Source: Octopus sinensis
Taxonomy: Eukaryota
DNA length: 64,000 nt
Direction: 5' to 3'
Assembly (NCBI RefSeq): GCF_006345805.1
Contig: NC_042998.1
Span: forward strand, 32,550,001 to 32,614,000
Every line of letters begins with the position of its first letter. The first letter of the stretch is position 1. This document shows positions 59,909 through 64,000 of the stretch, in pieces. The translations under genes were made by a program, and so were the position numbers. The notes under the pieces are model-generated. The model was not told the DNA's origin. It did not search any database and saw nothing but the letters and a program-made list of their open reading frames with translations.

Positions 59909-61014
59909 AACCAACTAATTGTCACATATTTATATATAAATTCCCCTATTTTATATAATATTGAGGTCTCATTCATTCTTTTCTTGTCATATTATTATCA
60001 GTAATATATATATTAATATATATATGAGAGGTATTGGTATTCAGAAGAGCCAAGGTGGCAGGTAACGCTATGTAAGTGCTATGGAAAGACCATAGTTAAA
60101 CTTTTGGTTCGATAATAAAACGAGTGAGGAGTCTGATGTGGGTCTTGTATATGTTAAATAAAATGAGACAACAAAGCCAAGGCTGTGTAGAATTTTCAGG
60201 ACATGTATAAAGGGGAAGTTAGGGGACTAATGCAGTTTCACCTTGAAAAATGCATTTTTTTAAAAAACATTTTTTGGATTCCTACGTTTTCTATATCGGA
60301 AGTTATGAATATGCAAAAGAAAAAAAAATTTGTTTTAATTCTTCCCTCTTCCCCAACCCCCAAATTAAAATTTTTGATTTTGTTTACTTTACAGAGATCA
60401 TAGTGAATTGACAAACATGCAAATCGAAATTAAATACAAACAAAAACATTAAAATGAAAAGAATTCGCATTTTACTTGTGTTTGCCTTAAATAATCATAA
60501 ATAATAATTTAATGTAAATTAAATACACACCACATCCCCATGTGAGCCATTTCATGAGAAACAAACATTGATATTTAATAATTAATGTTATAAAGTTTAA
60601 TAAGGGGCTCAAATTTCCCCCCTCCCCAATTTTAAATTTTGAACTTTTTCATCCATTCATTTATTTGTCTGTCAATCTATCCCTATCCATTTATTCATAA
60701 AATATATTTGTCAACTAAATGTGGTGGTCCTATAGAGGACGGTGTTACTGTTGTTTTTAGCCCCAAGAAGACATTCATATCTATCTATCTCTTTATACAT
60801 CTATCTATATGCTTATTAAATTTAAAAGTTTCAAAATATGGTTTCTTGCATATCCGGAATCTCTGTCATCTAAAACATAGGGGAAAAAAAATTTCAAAAA
60901 AGTTTAAAATTTCAAATGGGAGTGAGTGGTGGGTGATGGTGGTGGGGTTAATTTTTTTGTGTTTTGCATATTCGTAATCTCCGACATCTGAAATGTAGGA
61001 ATCTGAAAAAAACT

Positions 61015-61408
61015 GTTCTGTATATAAGAGATGAGGAATTATGTACATTATTTACATTTGATGGATATTTGTCTTCATCTTGTTTGTTGTTCACACAACA
61101 TTTCAACTGATATACCCTGCAGCCTTCATCAGGTGTCTTGGAGAAATTTTGAACCTGGGTTCTCATTCCTAAGGTATTTTTCGATGCTATTATTATTATT
61201 ATTATTATAATTATCATTATTATTGTTATTATCATCATCATGGGGTTAGTAACCTGAGCTCTTAACCACTATGCCAGGAATGAGAACCCAGGTTCCAAAT
61301 TTCCCCAAAACACCTGATGAAGGCTGCAGGGTATATCAGCTGTAACATTGTGTTAACAACAAACAAAACGAGGACAAATATTGTCAAATGTAAATAATGT
61401 AAATAATA
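61015..61408. mobile_element. Element P1 inverted pair (degenerate)
   Basis: Minus body 61015-61230, head remnant 61240-61275, plus body 61276-61408; CTGATGAAGGCTG in both arms. Confidence 0.8.
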
Positions 61409-61969
61409 GCTTCTGTTTGAAGATAAATAGAAGATAATTCAACGTTTGTAAATACTACATTTATGCTTCATACTTAAAATTTACAGTTATATTTAATTGC
61501 TTCAGTTAATTGGGATTCAAGCTTTTGTAGGGATTTGAACCCCAAGTCACCAGTGAGCCACCACAGTTTCACGTGATTGATAAGTCAGCGTGAAACTGTA
61601 ACATATGTATCCTTAGATGCTCTAAACTTTGACCCCTTTTCAACTCATAAAAACCATTTGGCACAGAACTCAACCGGACAACCTTGGCAGACTGCTAAGA
61701 CCAGATGACTTCAGGCATTCATGTAGACCACCATGGGCACTCACAAAAAGCAGACACTAAGACCAGACAACCTCAAGCACTCAGACTGACCACTTTGATT
61801 AAGAACAACTTTGGACACTCACACATGATGCACTACAGCTAAGCTTTTGTGAAAAATAGCACAGCTCTCTCCTCCCAGTTTGCAGTTATATTATCAGCAC
61901 CTTTCTTTCGCAAACAGGCAAGGCAGTAAGTCATGTCCTGCAATAAATATGCTAAAAGTTTGTGAGTTG

Positions 61970-62160
61970 CTTTAAGAAGTACCTGTGCTAGTTCCACATG
62001 AGTGCACCTTCACCAGTGCTGCGTGATAGTACCCAGTACACTCTGTAAAGTGGTTGGCATTAGGAAGGGTATCCAGCAGTAGTAACCAGGCCAAAACAGG
62101 CATGGAACCTGGGCAGCACTTCAGCTGGCCAGATCCGGTCAAACCATCCAACCAGCCCTA
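61970..62160 (+). mobile_element. Diverged RTE 3'-UTR fragment
   Basis: AGTGGTTGGCATTAGGAAGGG..CCATCCAACC. Confidence 0.6.
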
Positions 62161-62819
62161 GATTAACCATTAAGAAAATAAGCACGTGCTTACGGCATCA
62201 AGGGACACGGTCACCAGAGAAATGAAAATAGTTTACAGCACAAAAGAAATCACTTTAAACTTGCTAAAATAATATTCGTTATTGCCTTATCTCTACTAAG
62301 TATAAAAGCAGAAGTTTTATGTAAAATTAATTTTAATGATATCATCAAAGACTTTGCAATTAAATTAAAAGAACGACGGAGAAAACTTTTCAAATATAAA
62401 TATAGTGGAAGCATACAAAAATAAACATTATTTTCCATTATTCTGTCAGTTTTATCTCATTTTGAAAAATGAAAATTTATTTTATGGTTTATTATTGTTT
62501 ACATTTTGAACCATTTACATATACTTCATGGCACCAAAACCTTTCAAGTGCTTAGGATCTAAATCTGGATCTGCATCCAACCAATACAAGCATAAAAAAA
62601 AGACGTTAAATGATGATGGAGCCAGCTAGACCACATGACAATGGTCTTCAATAATACAACACACACCACCAAGCAACCGCCTCAACATTGGTGACCAAGC
62701 AGCTTCACATCACTTTCAAATTACAGCAATGATCAGTATGTCTTTGTAAGTTGTTTCTGATGTTACGTAAAATGTTCTTTTAAACTTTTTTCTTCTAGCA
62801 TAACATCAGACTTGCATAC

Positions 62820-62915
62820 ATTTCCCAAATAACTGCATCATATTGATTCTTCTGTAAACTATTATCATCCAATGGTTCTGAAAATGCTGCCATTATTGAA
62901 TACCAGGACAATTTC
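62820..62915 (-). CDS. Candidate internal coding exon (96 nt, phase 2-2), unknown gene
   Basis: TTCTACTCTAG acceptor, GTATGC donor, open frame KLSWYSIMAAFSEPLDDNSLQKNQYDAVIWE. Confidence 0.3.
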
Positions 62916-63054
62916 CTAGAGTAGAATGCCCCTTTCAAATCTCAAAAGTAACTGTTTTTTGGTAAGCATTTTAAAGCAAGAATCATTTCTTTTCTATTCA
63001 ATATACTTCATGGAAAATGTTTCAGAATAAGAATATTTTTTAATTTTATTATTA

Positions 63055-63095
<41 letters not shown>

Positions 63096-63414
63096 GTTAT
63101 TTTGTAGGTGGTAACTGTTCTTAATAGTGATACAAAAACATTTTCACTCAAACACAAAGCTTTTTTTTTTTCTCCCCCGTTTTTAGAATGCAGCAAATTG
63201 AAAGCTGAGAATGTTAGAAGGGAAAAATATTAAGAAATCATTTTCAAAATTTTAGAATTGGAGAAAAGTTACAAGTTAAAAATTTGATATATTTGCACAG
63301 AGTTTGCACAATGGTTTTCAAATTTTCACAGTTAGAAATAAAATATACCCACACAATATATTCATATGAGTATATGGACACAAACCCACACACACACAGA
63401 TACATACATACATA

Positions 63415-63577
63415 TATTATTTTCTCTCACTGTTTATTCCTGTGTTCCTTTCTGTCGAAGAGCATAGGCTCGAAACGTAAAACACTTTCTCACTTCCTGA
63501 GTGTAAAACTAATACATCTGTTTGTTGTTTACACACCCGTCTTCGTCTTTTGTTTTTTTTTAGTAAATTCTCACTAT
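63415..63577 (+). mobile_element. Element P2
   Basis: CTGTCGA-A-GAGC(ATAG)GCTC-GAAAC-GTA at 63452-63479. Confidence 0.65.
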
Positions 63578-63704
63578 ATATTCTTTCTTTTATTCTTTTA
63601 CTTGTTTCAGTCAAATTGACGCCAGGACTTGTTTCACCAAATTGACCCTAGGACTTATTCTTTGTAAGCCTAGTACTTATTCTATTGGTCTCTTTTGCCG
63701 AACC

Positions 63705-63906
63705 ACAAGGGGACAAGCAAAGACAGACAAAGGGATTAAGTCAATTACATCAACTCCAGTGCATAACTGGTACTTAATTTATTGACCCCGAAAGGATGAA
63801 AGGCAAAGTTAACCTCGGCGGAATTTGAACTCAGAATGTAATGGCAGACGAAATACCATTAAGCATTTTGCCTGGTGTGCTAACATTTCTGCCAGCTTGC
63901 CACCTT
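63705..63906 (-). mobile_element. SINE B, embedded in a SINE A remnant (63590-63930)
   Basis: Inverse SINE B sequence. Confidence 0.75.
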
Positions 63907-64000
63907 ACCACACAGCCACTCATGCACCTATATTTATTATAATTTGAATAATAATGAAATCTTACTTTTAAATCAAACTTGAAGATTTGTCTTGAACTTA

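Larger units (their letters stand above)
59727..59938. repeat. Near-perfect 212-bp palindrome (element P3)
   Basis: Centre at 59832/59833, no spacer; perfect over 59742-59923; one mismatch (59741/59924). Confidence 0.95.

Noticed and set aside
61563-61599. 11-bp stem hairpin next to A/B-box-like motifs
   Set aside because: Single short occurrence with no recognisable RNA family

Overview
This is AT-rich eukaryotic DNA, almost entirely transposon-derived, with abundant (TA)n/(TAA)n/(GAT)n microsatellites. The repeat repertoire looks like an octopus (cephalopod) genome; this is recognition from memory, not a database search. No host gene can be called with confidence, only a few candidate exons. 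Main contents: (1) a near-intact full-length RTE LINE (46898-51834; APE endonuclease, RT and an embedded PHD finger, one 1-bp frameshift), a 5'-truncated sister copy and many RTE 3'-UTR fragments; (2) at least four tRNA-derived SINE families; (3) remnants of Penelope (RT + GIY-YIG), R4/Dong-like, HERO-like and other RTE retroelements, and of a DDE transposase; (4) hAT, piggyBac-like, Ginger-like and Helitron non-autonomous elements and a probable solo LTR. The most interesting signal is three distinct small non-coding element families that each carry a minimal type-I hammerhead ribozyme fold of the Penelope/retrozyme kind. P1 has a tRNA (Pol III) head and occurs as inverted pairs. P2 has a fixed non-canonical CUGUNGA core. 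P3 is a near-perfect 212-bp palindrome with a hammerhead on each strand. Coordinates were counted by hand; repeat boundaries are approximate to within a few bp.
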